Below are positions 17,533 to 26,808 of a DNA stretch of 64,000 bases, one piece after another. Below the pieces are notes generated by a model, which was not told where the DNA came from, did no database searches, and saw only the letters and a program-made list of their open reading frames with translations. The translations under genes were made by a program, and so were the position numbers. Positions within the stretch are counted from its first letter, which is position 1; every line of letters begins with the position of its first letter. The DNA is from an uncultured Bacilli bacterium (GTDB lineage Bacteria; Bacillota_I; Bacilli_A; RF39; UBA660), in the NCBI GenBank assembly GCA_934162285.1, contig CAKPHY010000006.1, positions 288 through 64,287 of the forward strand, in the 5' to 3' direction.

Positions 17533-19068
17533 TTAATTTAACTTTTTTACCATAAAAATTTCATCTGGTAATTCATTGGTTACTTCAAAACCTAGTTTTT
17601 GATAACAATGAATAGCTCTTAAGTTATTTTTAAAAACTTTCAAGTTTACTTGAGTTAATTTTAAATGGTTAAAAGCATAATTCAAAATAGTTTCGATTGC
17701 TTCTGTACCTAAATGCTTATCTTGTTGATCTTTAGTTATGACAATTCCAAGTTCTACTGAATTATCTGCATCCATTAGTTCAATATTACCAATATAATCA
17801 TTCGTATCTTTTAGCATCATTGAAAAACATAAAGCATTAGTGTTTAATTTATCATTCACCCACTTTTTTTCATCTTCAAAAGAATAATTTTTAGGATTCC
17901 GGCTTAAATAACAAGAAATTTCAGGATCATTGACCATTTCTAGATATTCTCTTATTAAACTTTCACTTAAATTAACAAAATCAATATTTTTAGAAGAAAA
18001 AACTTTATTTAAATGTAACATATCTACTTTTAAACAATTATAAATTTTTCTTGAAATTGAAGCACGCATTAATATGTTTTTTCTATTATCTCTTGATGGA
18101 TGAATTCTATTAGTTAACATTATAATTATAACCTTATTAAGTAGATCAACAGAAATGCTTGGACCTGTAAAACCTGAAAATGATAGTGTTTGAGTATTGC
18201 CAAGAATAACATTAGGATTGTTTCCAATAACCCAAGTACAAGAACGATCGGTATTATTTTTAGAATTAAAAGTTTGTTTAGTTAACCACATATCGATTAA
18301 TTCTTCACTTAAATAACGTTTGCCATTAAACATTCCTTTATTTAAAATCATCGAAGCAAAATTATAAAGATCAGAAGTATTACTAAATAAACCCGCATTA
18401 CCAGCAACACCATTTAAAGAACAAGCTTTTTCGTCATGAACTACACCTTTAACTAATCCACGATTAAGGGTAACTTCTGTTGCTGCTATATTATCCTTAA
18501 ACTTGGGATTAAAACAAGTATTGTTCATTTCCAAAGGAACTTTTACTTCGATATTAAAAACTTCATCTAATGGTTTTTGATAAACTTTTTCAATTATTAA
18601 ACCAAGAAACATATAACCAATACAAGAGTAATTGAATTCTTTGGTTTCTCTAGTTGAAGCATATAATTTTTCTAAGGCTTCTTCTTTAGTAATTATATCT
18701 TTACTTGAAAAATCACTTACTAATCCTGAAATATGATTTAATAGATCATATATTGTAATATCTTCATACTTAAAATCTGGTAAATATTTTTTTACATTAT
18801 CAGTCAATTTTATTTTTTTCTGATCGATCATTCTAAATATAATAGTATTAGTGCAAACTATTTTAGTTAAAGATGCTATATCATATAAAGTATTAGAATC
18901 TGCTAATTCTTCTTTTTCAACTATTCGATTGTTTTCTAATCCATACTTTGTTTTATAACCTAAGGTATTAGAAAATATTTCTGCATCTTTACTAACTAAA
19001 TAACTTACACTAGGAGTTGCTCCTGACTCAATTAATTCATTAAATATATTATCTAGCATTACTATCAA
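17533..19068 (-). CDS. Beta-lactamase-fold serine hydrolase fused to a C-terminal GNAT (RimJ/RimL-like) acetyltransferase domain
   Basis: 511 aa. The S-x-x-K motif is in YDIASLTKIV; GFTGPSISVD lies near the end of the hydrolase part. The C-terminal approximately 150 aa contain IGNIELMD...LGIVITKDQQDKHLGTEAIETILNYAFNHLKL..VNLKVFKNNLRAIHCYQKLGFE. Overlaps the upstream gene by 20 nt. Confidence 0.7.
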   Translation of the reverse strand: MIVMLDNIFNELIESGATPSVSYLVSKDAEIFSNTLGYKTKYGLENNRIVEKEELADSNTLYDIASLTKIVCTNTIIFRMIDQKKIKLTDNVKKYLPDFKYEDITIYDLLNHISGLVSDFSSKDIITKEEALEKLYASTRETKEFNYSCIGYMFLGLIIEKVYQKPLDEVFNIEVKVPLEMNNTCFNPKFKDNIAATEVTLNRGLVKGVVHDEKACSLNGVAGNAGLFSNTSDLYNFASMILNKGMFNGKRYLSEELIDMWLTKQTFNSKNNTDRSCTWVIGNNPNVILGNTQTLSFSGFTGPSISVDLLNKVIIIMLTNRIHPSRDNRKNILMRASISRKIYNCLKVDMLHLNKVFSSKNIDFVNLSESLIREYLEMVNDPEISCYLSRNPKNYSFEDEKKWVNDKLNTNALCFSMMLKDTNDYIGNIELMDADNSVELGIVITKDQQDKHLGTEAIETILNYAFNHLKLTQVNLKVFKNNLRAIHCYQKLGFEVTNELPDEIFMVKKLN

Positions 19069-20302
19069 TCTCCGTTTTACTTAAATTAATTAACTTTTGG
19101 GTATTTTTTATAATATTATTTATTAATTCTTTAGTTTGATATTTATCAAGTAATTTCATATCTTCATAAACAGTATAAATAAGCATTCTTAAATCAAGAT
19201 ATTTAATATTTTCTAATTCTTTATAATACTTTTTTACATAATTAAATATATTTTGATAAATTTCTATATTTTCAATTAAAGAATTATTATATCGCCAAGG
19301 TTCTTCTTGAGTAATATATAATTTTCTAAACTCAAAATCAATTGGTGCTACTAAAGCATCCTTAAAATCGATTAATTTTAATGAACCATTATTGTAAATA
19401 ATATTATTAAATTGCAAATTATTATGAATATAAGCAAAATGGTTATCACTTAAACAAATATCATAAAGTTTTAATGATTCTAAAATTAACAAATAATCTT
19501 CTTGATTAAATAATGATTTATATTCGATAGCTTTATTTTTTACTTCATTTTTTATTTTACTTGACCAAGAATTAATTGGTTTAACATCAGTGTGATGAAT
19601 ACTTTTAAGAGCTAAAACTAATTTTTGAATTGTTTTTTCTCTTTCATCTTCATTCATTTTTAACCAAGAAAAATATAATGATTTTCCAGGTACTTTTTCT
19701 AATATTTCATACATGTAATCAAACTTAAACTTAGAAATATCATATCTATATAATTTAGGAATAATTTCTGAATTTTTATTTAATTGATAGAATTCTATTT
19801 CATTTTTTATTTTTTCCTCTAAAAAATGATTTAAACATATTTTTATAATATATTGATCATTTACTTCAAAAATAATGTTATTTATATTACTATCAATTTC
19901 TTTAATTTTTTCAACAGTTGAAAATATATCAATATTAGCTAATGCTATATTTTTACCTAATTCTAATCTTTCAACAACTAAATTTTTAACAACTTCAAAA
20001 ACTTCTACAATTATTTTTTTATTTGGTTCAAAAGTTGGATCAATACTTTCGAAAATAGATAAATATTTGGCACGCCATTTTTCTAAACTATAGCCTTCTA
20101 ATTTAGCTAATTCTTCAGTCATTTCCTTAAATGGTATTACATGGTATTCTTTTAATTGAATTACACATGCTGCTTTTTCATTAGGAAAATAAATTGTCCT
20201 TTCTTCATTTATTATCGGAGTTTTATTTTCATATATTGATGTTATTGCTTTTATTTTTCCATCTAAAATTGCTTTTATTAAATTTTCGTCTAAATTTTTC
20301 AT
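19049..20302 (-). CDS. ASCH domain fused to an aminoglycoside-phosphotransferase/protein-kinase-like domain lacking the catalytic Asp
   Basis: 417 aa. The N-terminal approximately 105 aa (ILDGKIKAITS...EELAKLEGYSLEKWRAKY) are ASCH-like. The C-terminal part has the APH layout, but the H-x-D-x4-N loop reads HNNLQFNN (19403-19426). The IDFKD metal-binding motif is kept. The start overlaps the stop of the upstream gene (ATGA). Confidence 0.65.
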   Translation of the reverse strand: MKNLDENLIKAILDGKIKAITSIYENKTPIINEERTIYFPNEKAACVIQLKEYHVIPFKEMTEELAKLEGYSLEKWRAKYLSIFESIDPTFEPNKKIIVEVFEVVKNLVVERLELGKNIALANIDIFSTVEKIKEIDSNINNIIFEVNDQYIIKICLNHFLEEKIKNEIEFYQLNKNSEIIPKLYRYDISKFKFDYMYEILEKVPGKSLYFSWLKMNEDEREKTIQKLVLALKSIHHTDVKPINSWSSKIKNEVKNKAIEYKSLFNQEDYLLILESLKLYDICLSDNHFAYIHNNLQFNNIIYNNGSLKLIDFKDALVAPIDFEFRKLYITQEEPWRYNNSLIENIEIYQNIFNYVKKYYKELENIKYLDLRMLIYTVYEDMKLLDKYQTKELINNIIKNTQKLINLSKTEIDSNAR

Positions 20303-21963
20303 CTTGTCATACCTCTTTTATTTTCAAAATATTCATGGATTATTTGGGAACTATTTACAATTAATAAAGCGAAATCTTTTAATTCTACTCGTGCTGAAAA
20401 TGTTAGATTTCCTTCATAAATGTCTTTAAATGTTATAAATATTTGAGTATTTTCATCTTCAGTCTTAGCTTCAACCTCAAAGTTACCATGAGAAATAGAA
20501 TTTCTAATGCCTTCAATTATTCTTTCGTTTCTTAAGTAAGTTTGGTTATTATTGAGATAGTTTTTAGCTATAGTCAAATCACTATTAATTTGATTAAGTT
20601 TTGCTGTTGTTAGTTCTTTAGATTGAATTAACTCATATAAATTGTTTTCAACTTTAGCTAATGCAACTTGATTATGTTTAGTTTTTAAAGCATCTCTACT
20701 ATTAGTGTACTTATCAATATTAGCTTGAATATTGTTTATTTCATTTTCTCTTCCTCTTTTTTGATTTTCTAATTCTTGAATTTTATTAGTATCTATTTCC
20801 ATACAATTCACATGAACTTTGGATAAATCTAAACAACTATAATCTAAACCATTACAAGCTTCAGCAGTGAATTTATTAGTATTTTCATAAAATTTATCAA
20901 GTCCATAAGAAAATAAAGAATTAAACATCGCGATAGCACTAGCAACTAAATTATCATAATTCATATATATGTTGCCGTATTCTTTACTTATTTCACTAGA
21001 AATTAAGCTAGGATTAACTGTACGATTTTTATATACAATTTCTAAAAATATTAAATTTGATAGATTTGCAGCAATTGGATTAAACCTATTGAAGCCATTA
21101 ACTACACGATCTAGTTCCCTTCCTATTATTTCTACTTGTGAAGCATAATCACGAGTTGCTGTATTATTAACTAAGAATTCAGCTAAAGAATCTAGTTGCA
21201 TATTTTTAATAGATTCTTCACGATAATCAAAATCATACTCAGGAGCTACAAGCTTTTTAAACTTTTCATAATAAGCATAATAATCACTCTTATCTTTATT
21301 GTTAGCAATTAAAAGTTCTAATGATTGTTTAATATTTTCATTGATCAAGCTTCCATCTTTGCGTTTTAAAGTAATTTTAACCTTTTTAAATTTATGCAAA
21401 AATCTTAACATTTCATCTTTACTTTTGATAGATGCATGACGATAAGTTTCGATTTTATTATTCAAAATATACTTTCTTTCATAAGTGTCACTATTATTAA
21501 CTTTGCTAAAACTTTTTAAAGCTGATGATACAAACGTCGATAATCTTATTATATTTAAAGAAATAGGAGTATTATTATGTTCAATTATAATTTTGCTATT
21601 TGAAAAATCGGTTATAAAATCACCATGGCCGATTTTATTTCTAATTACAGCCACTACTTCCGAAGCATTACTAAAATGCGAATTACCTATAGCATAACCA
21701 TTTGTTTCTTTTCTAGCTATATAATCAACTGAATTTTCTAATTCTTTTGTAAATATTCTAGAAGAATAACCGGCTTCTTTAGAAACTAAACTTTCCTTTA
21801 TACTTAATAAAATTGTACTTATCAAACCAATTCGTGCTGCCATATTTACTTCTTTAGTAATTATAGTTTTATCTGGAGTAGTTCTTGAAAAAAGATCAAT
21901 AAGGAAGCTATAAAAACTATAGTTTCCTATATAATATTCCAAAAGCATATTTTCATCTTTCAT
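20299..21963 (-). CDS. Hypothetical protein with two RNxxxH (HEPN-type) motifs and a central coiled coil; candidate RNase effector
   Basis: Start set at ATG 21963 (RBS AGGTGA), because the track start at 21978 lies 3 nt from the -10 box. IRNKIGHGDF is at 21625-21642 and IRNSISHGNF at 20488-20505. Coiled-coil stretch NKIQELENQKRGRENEINNIQANIDKY... The CDS itself is solid; the HEPN assignment rests on motifs only. Confidence 0.5.
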   Translation of the reverse strand: MKDENMLLEYYIGNYSFYSFLIDLFSRTTPDKTIITKEVNMAARIGLISTILLSIKESLVSKEAGYSSRIFTKELENSVDYIARKETNGYAIGNSHFSNASEVVAVIRNKIGHGDFITDFSNSKIIIEHNNTPISLNIIRLSTFVSSALKSFSKVNNSDTYERKYILNNKIETYRHASIKSKDEMLRFLHKFKKVKITLKRKDGSLINENIKQSLELLIANNKDKSDYYAYYEKFKKLVAPEYDFDYREESIKNMQLDSLAEFLVNNTATRDYASQVEIIGRELDRVVNGFNRFNPIAANLSNLIFLEIVYKNRTVNPSLISSEISKEYGNIYMNYDNLVASAIAMFNSLFSYGLDKFYENTNKFTAEACNGLDYSCLDLSKVHVNCMEIDTNKIQELENQKRGRENEINNIQANIDKYTNSRDALKTKHNQVALAKVENNLYELIQSKELTTAKLNQINSDLTIAKNYLNNNQTYLRNERIIEGIRNSISHGNFEVEAKTEDENTQIFITFKDIYEGNLTFSARVELKDFALLIVNSSQIIHEYFENKRGMTR

Positions 21964-21980
21964 TTTGATCACCTGCATAT

Positions 21981-22008
21981 ATTATAGCATTTTTTTATAG
22001 TATTTAAA
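21981..22008 (-). promoter_or_regulatory. Extended -10 promoter (TGcTATAAT) of the three-gene operon
   Basis: TATAAT at 21986-21981 on the minus strand, preceded by TGC. The -35 (TTTAAA) is weak, 16 nt upstream. Confidence 0.5.
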
Positions 22009-22153
22009 AAGTATCAAAAAGATCCTTTAATCAAGTTGATAAATTGTCGTGTAACTATTAGCATCAATTTCAGCCTTTTGTTAGCAAGGGCAAAGAAACA
22101 CTTGAAATATCTTTTCTATTATAAAATCTAATTTATTAAAACAAATATTTCAA

Positions 22154-22184
22154 CAAAAAAAGCAACCTATTTATTATGGTTGCC
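22154..22184 (-). terminator. Intrinsic terminator downstream of the collagen-like gene
   Basis: Minus strand GGCAACC-ataataaata-GGTTGC followed by eight T. Confidence 0.6.
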
Positions 22185-22393
22185 TTCATATTTTAGAACT
22201 TGATTACAAACAATTTTTTAAGCTATACTCAATTATTTTTTGATAATCTTCTTCTAATATTATTAAATAAATTGGATTTTGTTAGATGTAATAAATATTT
22301 TCTTAAAAGACAAGGTAATTAAGCTTAATTCAGACTGAGTTTTATTTTGAATAAAATCCAAAGTAATAACAATTTATCAATTAATCAAATATT

Positions 22394-23227
22394 TTAACCT
22401 GCTGCTCCAGTTGGTCCAGTTGGCCCAGTCGGTCCAGTTGGTCCAGTTGGTCCAGTTGCGCCTTCAGTCCCTGCTACGCCTTGTGGTCCTGTTGGTCCAG
22501 TTGCTCCGGCTTCTCCTGCTGCTCCCGTTGGTCCAGTTGGCCCAGTCGGTCCAGTTGGTCCTGTTGGTCCAGTTGCTCCGACTTCTCCTGCTACGCCTTG
22601 TGGTCCTGTTGGTCCAGTTGCTCCGGCTTCTCCTGCTGCTCCCGTTGGTCCTGTTGGTCCAGTTGCTCCGGCTTCTCCTGCTACGCCTTGTGGTCCTGTT
22701 GGTCCAGTTACTCCGGCTTCTCCTGCTGCTCCCGTTGGTCCTGTTGGTCCAGTTGCTCCGGCTTCTCCTGCTACGCCTTGTGGTCCTGTTGGTCCAGTTG
22801 CTCCTGTCGCACCTGTCGCTCCAGCCGGTATTGTTAAATTCAATACAAAATTAGGACTAGTTCCGGTTATTGTTGCAACAACTGGTGTTCCAGGATCACC
22901 TGTTGTTACTGTTCCTATAGTTAAATTAGGAGATGCTCCAGTTTCTCCGGTTGGGCCGGTTGCTCCGGTTGGTCCGATTGCTCCGATTGCTCCGGTTGCT
23001 CCGGTTGCTCCGGTTGGTCCGGTTGGTCCGGTTGCTCCGGTTGGTCCGGTTGGTCCGGTTGGTCCGGTTGCTCCGGTTGGTCCTGTTGCTCCAGTTGCTC
23101 CAGTTGCTCCAGTTGCACCACCAGATGGTCCGGTTGGCCCTGTTGGGCCAATTAACACCATATTTTGTTTACATCGTAATCCTTCTGCTAAAATTTCTTG
23201 AATTTTTTTAGAATATCCGTTATTCAT
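22394..23227 (-). CDS. Collagen-like triple-helix repeat (G-X-T) protein, BclA-like
   Basis: 277 aa. Two blocks of [10 protein letters not shown]-type repeats are separated by a 45-aa non-repeat segment ([38 protein letters not shown]). The protein ends inside the repeat. Good RBS (AAGGAGAA). The gene is strikingly GC-rich relative to its surroundings. Confidence 0.85.
   Translation of the reverse strand: MNNGYSKKIQEILAEGLRCKQNMVLIGPTGPTGPSGGATGATGATGATGPTGATGPTGPTGPTGATGPTGPTGATGATGAIGAIGPTGATGPTGETGASPNLTIGTVTTGDPGTPVVATITGTSPNFVLNLTIPAGATGATGATGPTGPQGVAGEAGATGPTGPTGAAGEAGVTGPTGPQGVAGEAGATGPTGPTGAAGEAGATGPTGPQGVAGEVGATGPTGPTGPTGPTGPTGAAGEAGATGPTGPQGVAGTEGATGPTGPTGPTGPTGPTGAAG
22474..22800. 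repeat. Tandem 90-bp repeat (about 3.5 copies) built from 9-bp GXT units
   Basis: The string ctacgccttgtggtcctgttggtccag recurs at 22474, 22591, 22681 and 22771. The last three are spaced exactly 90 bp apart. A second 9-bp-unit block (ggtccggtt / gctccggtt) spans 22925-23150. Confidence 0.85.
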
Positions 23228-23316
23228 AAAGTTCTCCTTTCCTTTATATTTTATGAATTTTTAAAAATATGGTAATGGTTAATATCATAAAAAAATTATA
23301 TGTTGCCATATAATTT

Positions 23317-24669
23317 TCAATTTCTATTAAGAACTTTAATTTTACTTTTCTCTAATTTTTCTTCCATTTGATCTAATGTAATTTTTTTACTTTGTAATCC
23401 TTTTTCTAAAAGTTCTATTCTTTTTAAATATTCTTCATACTTTGGATCATTTCCAAAATAATACTTTAGCTTAATTTTAGTATCCTCTAAATTTTCTAAA
23501 GCATCATTTAATAAAAATGTGGTACTTTTCAACCAATCATTATGTTCTTTAATATCGAATGGAGTAATTTCATAATTTCTTACCATTTCCTCTTTAGAAT
23601 CTAATTTTACATTATTTTTTATACCAGCAACCGATGATCTAATTAAATTTGTTCCTAACGCTACTGATCTAACTCCTGAAAATGGTATTGTTAAAAGACC
23701 AAAACCAATACCAAGAAAATTACTTATTAATTTTTCTAAACCAACTAATTGGTATTTTTTATTTTTAAATTCTCTAAATTTATCAATTTGCTTTAAAGCA
23801 TCTTCTAATGATTTGTCTTGCTCTTTCAATAATTTGTTTAATTCCTTTAAAGCTAACTCATTTAATTTCAATTCTCGTTCAAATTGTTCTTGCAAACGAT
23901 CAGGTTTAGCATTCCTTTCTTGAACATTATTAATTTTATTTGTTAATTCTTCTTCACTTTTTAATTCTTTTTCGTTACCCAATTCTTCTTTATTTTTCAA
24001 ATCTTCTTCATTTTTTACTGAATCTATCTCTTGCTTATCAATTATATTTAATACATCAATATATTTTTCAGAATTTATAATATCATTAGTTACAGCTTTT
24101 ACTTCTTCTAAAGAAACTTCTTCACCAAATATAATATCTGAATAATATCTTAAAATAAGTGTTTGATAGATTATTTCTGGTGTAACATATTTTAATTCAT
24201 ACTTATCTTTAATATCATCATAATTACCATAAGATTTAATAAATTCAATTGTTTCATAATAACTAGGAATGCCATTTTGACTAGGTAAAGCATTAGTATC
24301 GCGATTATTTTTTATTACTTCTTCTAATGAACCTATTCCCTTTTTAAATTTCCTTTCACTTTTAAAAGTAACTGTTGCTTCAATTTGTTTATTTTCTTTA
24401 CTAACTTTATAGTTATAATCACATTTTGAACCAGCAAAAACACTCATCTTTTTAATTTTAAGAACTGGTCTTATTAAAAGTTTGATAGGATTATAGAAAA
24501 AAAGTGTCAATTTGGTTTTGTTCATCAGTTTTAATTCGTTTATACTCATGATTTTTAATCTTTGTTTTTTGGCAATTTTATTTAAGATTGCCCTAAATCT
24601 CAAGCGATCTTTTACATTACCTTTAGCAACACCACTATTATTTTCCTCTTCCATAAAATCACCAAGCAT
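23317..24669 (-). CDS. Hypothetical protein with an acidic coiled-coil region and a hydrophobic segment
   Basis: 450 aa. Glu/Lys-rich helix (NEEDLKNKEELGNEKELKSEEELTNK...), then LISNFLGIGFGLLTIPFSGV. No recognisable motif. Confidence 0.45.
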   Translation of the reverse strand: MLGDFMEEENNSGVAKGNVKDRLRFRAILNKIAKKQRLKIMSINELKLMNKTKLTLFFYNPIKLLIRPVLKIKKMSVFAGSKCDYNYKVSKENKQIEATVTFKSERKFKKGIGSLEEVIKNNRDTNALPSQNGIPSYYETIEFIKSYGNYDDIKDKYELKYVTPEIIYQTLILRYYSDIIFGEEVSLEEVKAVTNDIINSEKYIDVLNIIDKQEIDSVKNEEDLKNKEELGNEKELKSEEELTNKINNVQERNAKPDRLQEQFERELKLNELALKELNKLLKEQDKSLEDALKQIDKFREFKNKKYQLVGLEKLISNFLGIGFGLLTIPFSGVRSVALGTNLIRSSVAGIKNNVKLDSKEEMVRNYEITPFDIKEHNDWLKSTTFLLNDALENLEDTKIKLKYYFGNDPKYEEYLKRIELLEKGLQSKKITLDQMEEKLEKSKIKVLNRN

Positions 24670-24707
24670 ATTTTAGCAAATAATCATAATAAAGTAAATA
24701 AAAAGAA

Positions 24708-26018
24708 CTATTTAGCTTGTTCTTTAGCTAATAGTTCTTCATATTTATCTTTATAAACATAAATAGCTTTACTACTCATAAATAGTATAACAGCATTTTT
24801 GTGTTTTAATAATTTATCAACAGTTTCAAGACTTATATGTTCACAATTATTTGTTTTATCCATAATATCTTTATATGTTACGCCATCATAACCTTCTTCA
24901 GGGCGATCAGTATAAATATCTGTTATATAAGCTTTATCTGCTAAATTTAAAGCATCAGCAAACTCTTGAGCAAATATTTTAGCTCTTGATAATGTGTGAA
25001 CCATAAGTACTGCTACTATTTCTTTATCTGGATACTTTTGGCGAGCACCTTTAATAGTAACTTTAACTTCTGTTGGATGATGAGCATAGTCATCTATAGT
25101 AACAATATCTCCTATTACTTTTTCTTTAAATCTTCTTTTAGCACCTTCAAATGTTTTTAAGTACTTAGCAACTTCACGAGCATCTAATCTTTCATAATAG
25201 CAAACACCGATTACAGCTAATGAATTAAGTAACATATGTTTTCCATATAAAGGTAAATCAAAATGACCATAATAATTATCTTCTACGAAAACGTCAAAAC
25301 TTGTTCCTTCGTTATGATATTCTACATTACGTGCTTGAATATCATTATCATCATCTAAACCATAAAAGAAAATTGGGGGTTTTACTTCTAAAGAATGAGT
25401 ATATGGATCATCACCACAAGCAATAATCATCTTTTCAGCATGATTAGCATATTCTTGATAAGCATCAACAATATCTGAAATATCTTTATAATAATCCATA
25501 TGATCTAATTCAATATTAGTTATAATAGCATAATAAGGTTTGTAAGCTAAAAAATGTCTTTGCCATTCACATGCTTCTAAAGCAAAATATTTGTTATCTT
25601 TATTAGCATAGCCAGTTCCATCTCCTATTAAATAATTACAACCTGTTATATTTTTTAGAACATGAGATAGCATCGAAGTTGTTGTTGTTTTACCATGGCA
25701 GCCAGCAATAGTAATTGTTTCAAATCTTTCTGTCAATTTGGCAATCATTTCTTGATATGAATATATTTTCAAACCAAGTTCTTTTGCTCGTACAACCTCT
25801 TCATGTGTATCTTTAAAGGCATTACCTTTAACAATTATCATGTCTTCCTTAATATTATCAGCACTGAAAGGTAAAATTTTTATTCCAGCAGCTCTCACTT
25901 CATCTTCTGTAAATAAGTGTTCATCGATATCACTACCTTGAACTTCAAAACCTAATCCATGAAGTATTAAAGCAAGTGAAGCCATACCAGACCCTTTTAT
26001 TCCAATAAAATGATACAT
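24708..26018 (-). CDS. murC: UDP-N-acetylmuramate--L-alanine ligase
   Basis: MYHFIGIKGSGMASLALILHGLGFEVQGSD, GCHGKTTTTSML and DDYAHHPTEV are MurC hallmarks. Confidence 0.95.
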   Translation of the reverse strand: MYHFIGIKGSGMASLALILHGLGFEVQGSDIDEHLFTEDEVRAAGIKILPFSADNIKEDMIIVKGNAFKDTHEEVVRAKELGLKIYSYQEMIAKLTERFETITIAGCHGKTTTTSMLSHVLKNITGCNYLIGDGTGYANKDNKYFALEACEWQRHFLAYKPYYAIITNIELDHMDYYKDISDIVDAYQEYANHAEKMIIACGDDPYTHSLEVKPPIFFYGLDDDNDIQARNVEYHNEGTSFDVFVEDNYYGHFDLPLYGKHMLLNSLAVIGVCYYERLDAREVAKYLKTFEGAKRRFKEKVIGDIVTIDDYAHHPTEVKVTIKGARQKYPDKEIVAVLMVHTLSRAKIFAQEFADALNLADKAYITDIYTDRPEEGYDGVTYKDIMDKTNNCEHISLETVDKLLKHKNAVILFMSSKAIYVYKDKYEELLAKEQAK

Positions 26019-26129
26019 TTAATCATCTCCTATTTCTATTACATTATACAATATTTAAATTTGATAATGCAAGTAATTACATCAAAATTATAAAAATTCA
26101 ACAATAAAAAAATCTCATCAGAGATTTTT

Positions 26130-26798
26130 CTAATCACCAAATTCATTTTGGTATGAAACAAGACTTGCAACTAAAATATTTTCATCATTTAAGAAATTAT
26201 TCATAAATTTTGTATCTTCATTTTTAACTTCAACTTCATAAGTAACTTCTGTTACTTTTTTGGCACTTGTTTTTGTTTTTAGTTTATGTTTAGGTAAAGA
26301 TTTTAATAATTTATTTACTTCACTTTCATTATTACTATCATATTTTAATACTAGTAAATATTTTGACTTTGATTTGAAACCAAACAAATAACCAATAAAA
26401 TATAAAACTCCAAGTAATATTGAGGCAACAATAGCAATTAAATATAAACCAGCCCCAGCCATAATACCAGCAGATATACCCCAGAACATAAAACCAGTAT
26501 CAATTGGTTCTTTTACGGCTGTTCTAAAACGAACAATTGATAAAGCACCAACCATACCTAAAGAAAGTGATAAATTGGCATTAACAGTTCTAATTATCAA
26601 AGCTGTTACCATAGATAACATTAATAAACAAAGAGAAAATGTTTTGGAATATAAAACACCTGAATATGTTTTTTTATAAACAAAAATGATAAAAATACTT
26701 ATAAGAAATGCGGTTAAAAGTGACAAGCCAACATCAGCTAATGTAAGTGTTCCTGTAAATTGATTTAGAACACTATCTTTAATAATACTTAAATACAT
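26130..26798 (-). CDS. DUF4956 family membrane protein
   Basis: GALSIVRFRTAVKEPIDTGFMFWGISAGIMAGAG matches the DUF4956 core. Lies in the usual CotH-VTC-DUF4956 arrangement. Confidence 0.7.
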   Translation of the reverse strand: MYLSIIKDSVLNQFTGTLTLADVGLSLLTAFLISIFIIFVYKKTYSGVLYSKTFSLCLLMLSMVTALIIRTVNANLSLSLGMVGALSIVRFRTAVKEPIDTGFMFWGISAGIMAGAGLYLIAIVASILLGVLYFIGYLFGFKSKSKYLLVLKYDSNNESEVNKLLKSLPKHKLKTKTSAKKVTEVTYEVEVKNEDTKFMNNFLNDENILVASLVSYQNEFGD

Positions 26799-26808
26799 AA
26801 AATACCTC

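Noticed and set aside
17533-19068. Annotating the beta-lactamase-fold/GNAT fusion and the APH-like fusion as antibiotic resistance genes
   Set aside because: The hydrolase belongs to the broad esterase/PBP-like serine hydrolase group, and the kinase-like domain lacks its catalytic Asp. The operon context points elsewhere, and no resistance-specific motifs could be verified.
20299-21963. Calling the dual-HEPN-motif protein a miniature Cas13
   Set aside because: No CRISPR array, no repeat-spacer structure and no cas or accessory genes occur anywhere in the 64 kb. At 554 aa the protein is well below known Cas13 sizes. RNxxxH is shared by many non-CRISPR HEPN families. Only the end-to-end motif layout is Cas13-like.
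22411-23211. Track ORFs 22411-22854, 22481-22837, 22933-23211 (plus strand) and 22921-23151 (minus, alternative frame)
   Set aside because: Their products are Leu/Arg/Trp/Ser- or Gln/Pro-rich nonsense peptides. Such ORFs are artefacts of a GC-rich codon repeat read in other frames. They have no RBS.
22394-23227. Tandem repeats in the collagen-like gene as a possible CRISPR array or other non-coding repeat
   Set aside because: The units are 9 bp and 90 bp with no unique spacers. They sit in one long ORF with perfect G-X-Y periodicity and a good RBS.
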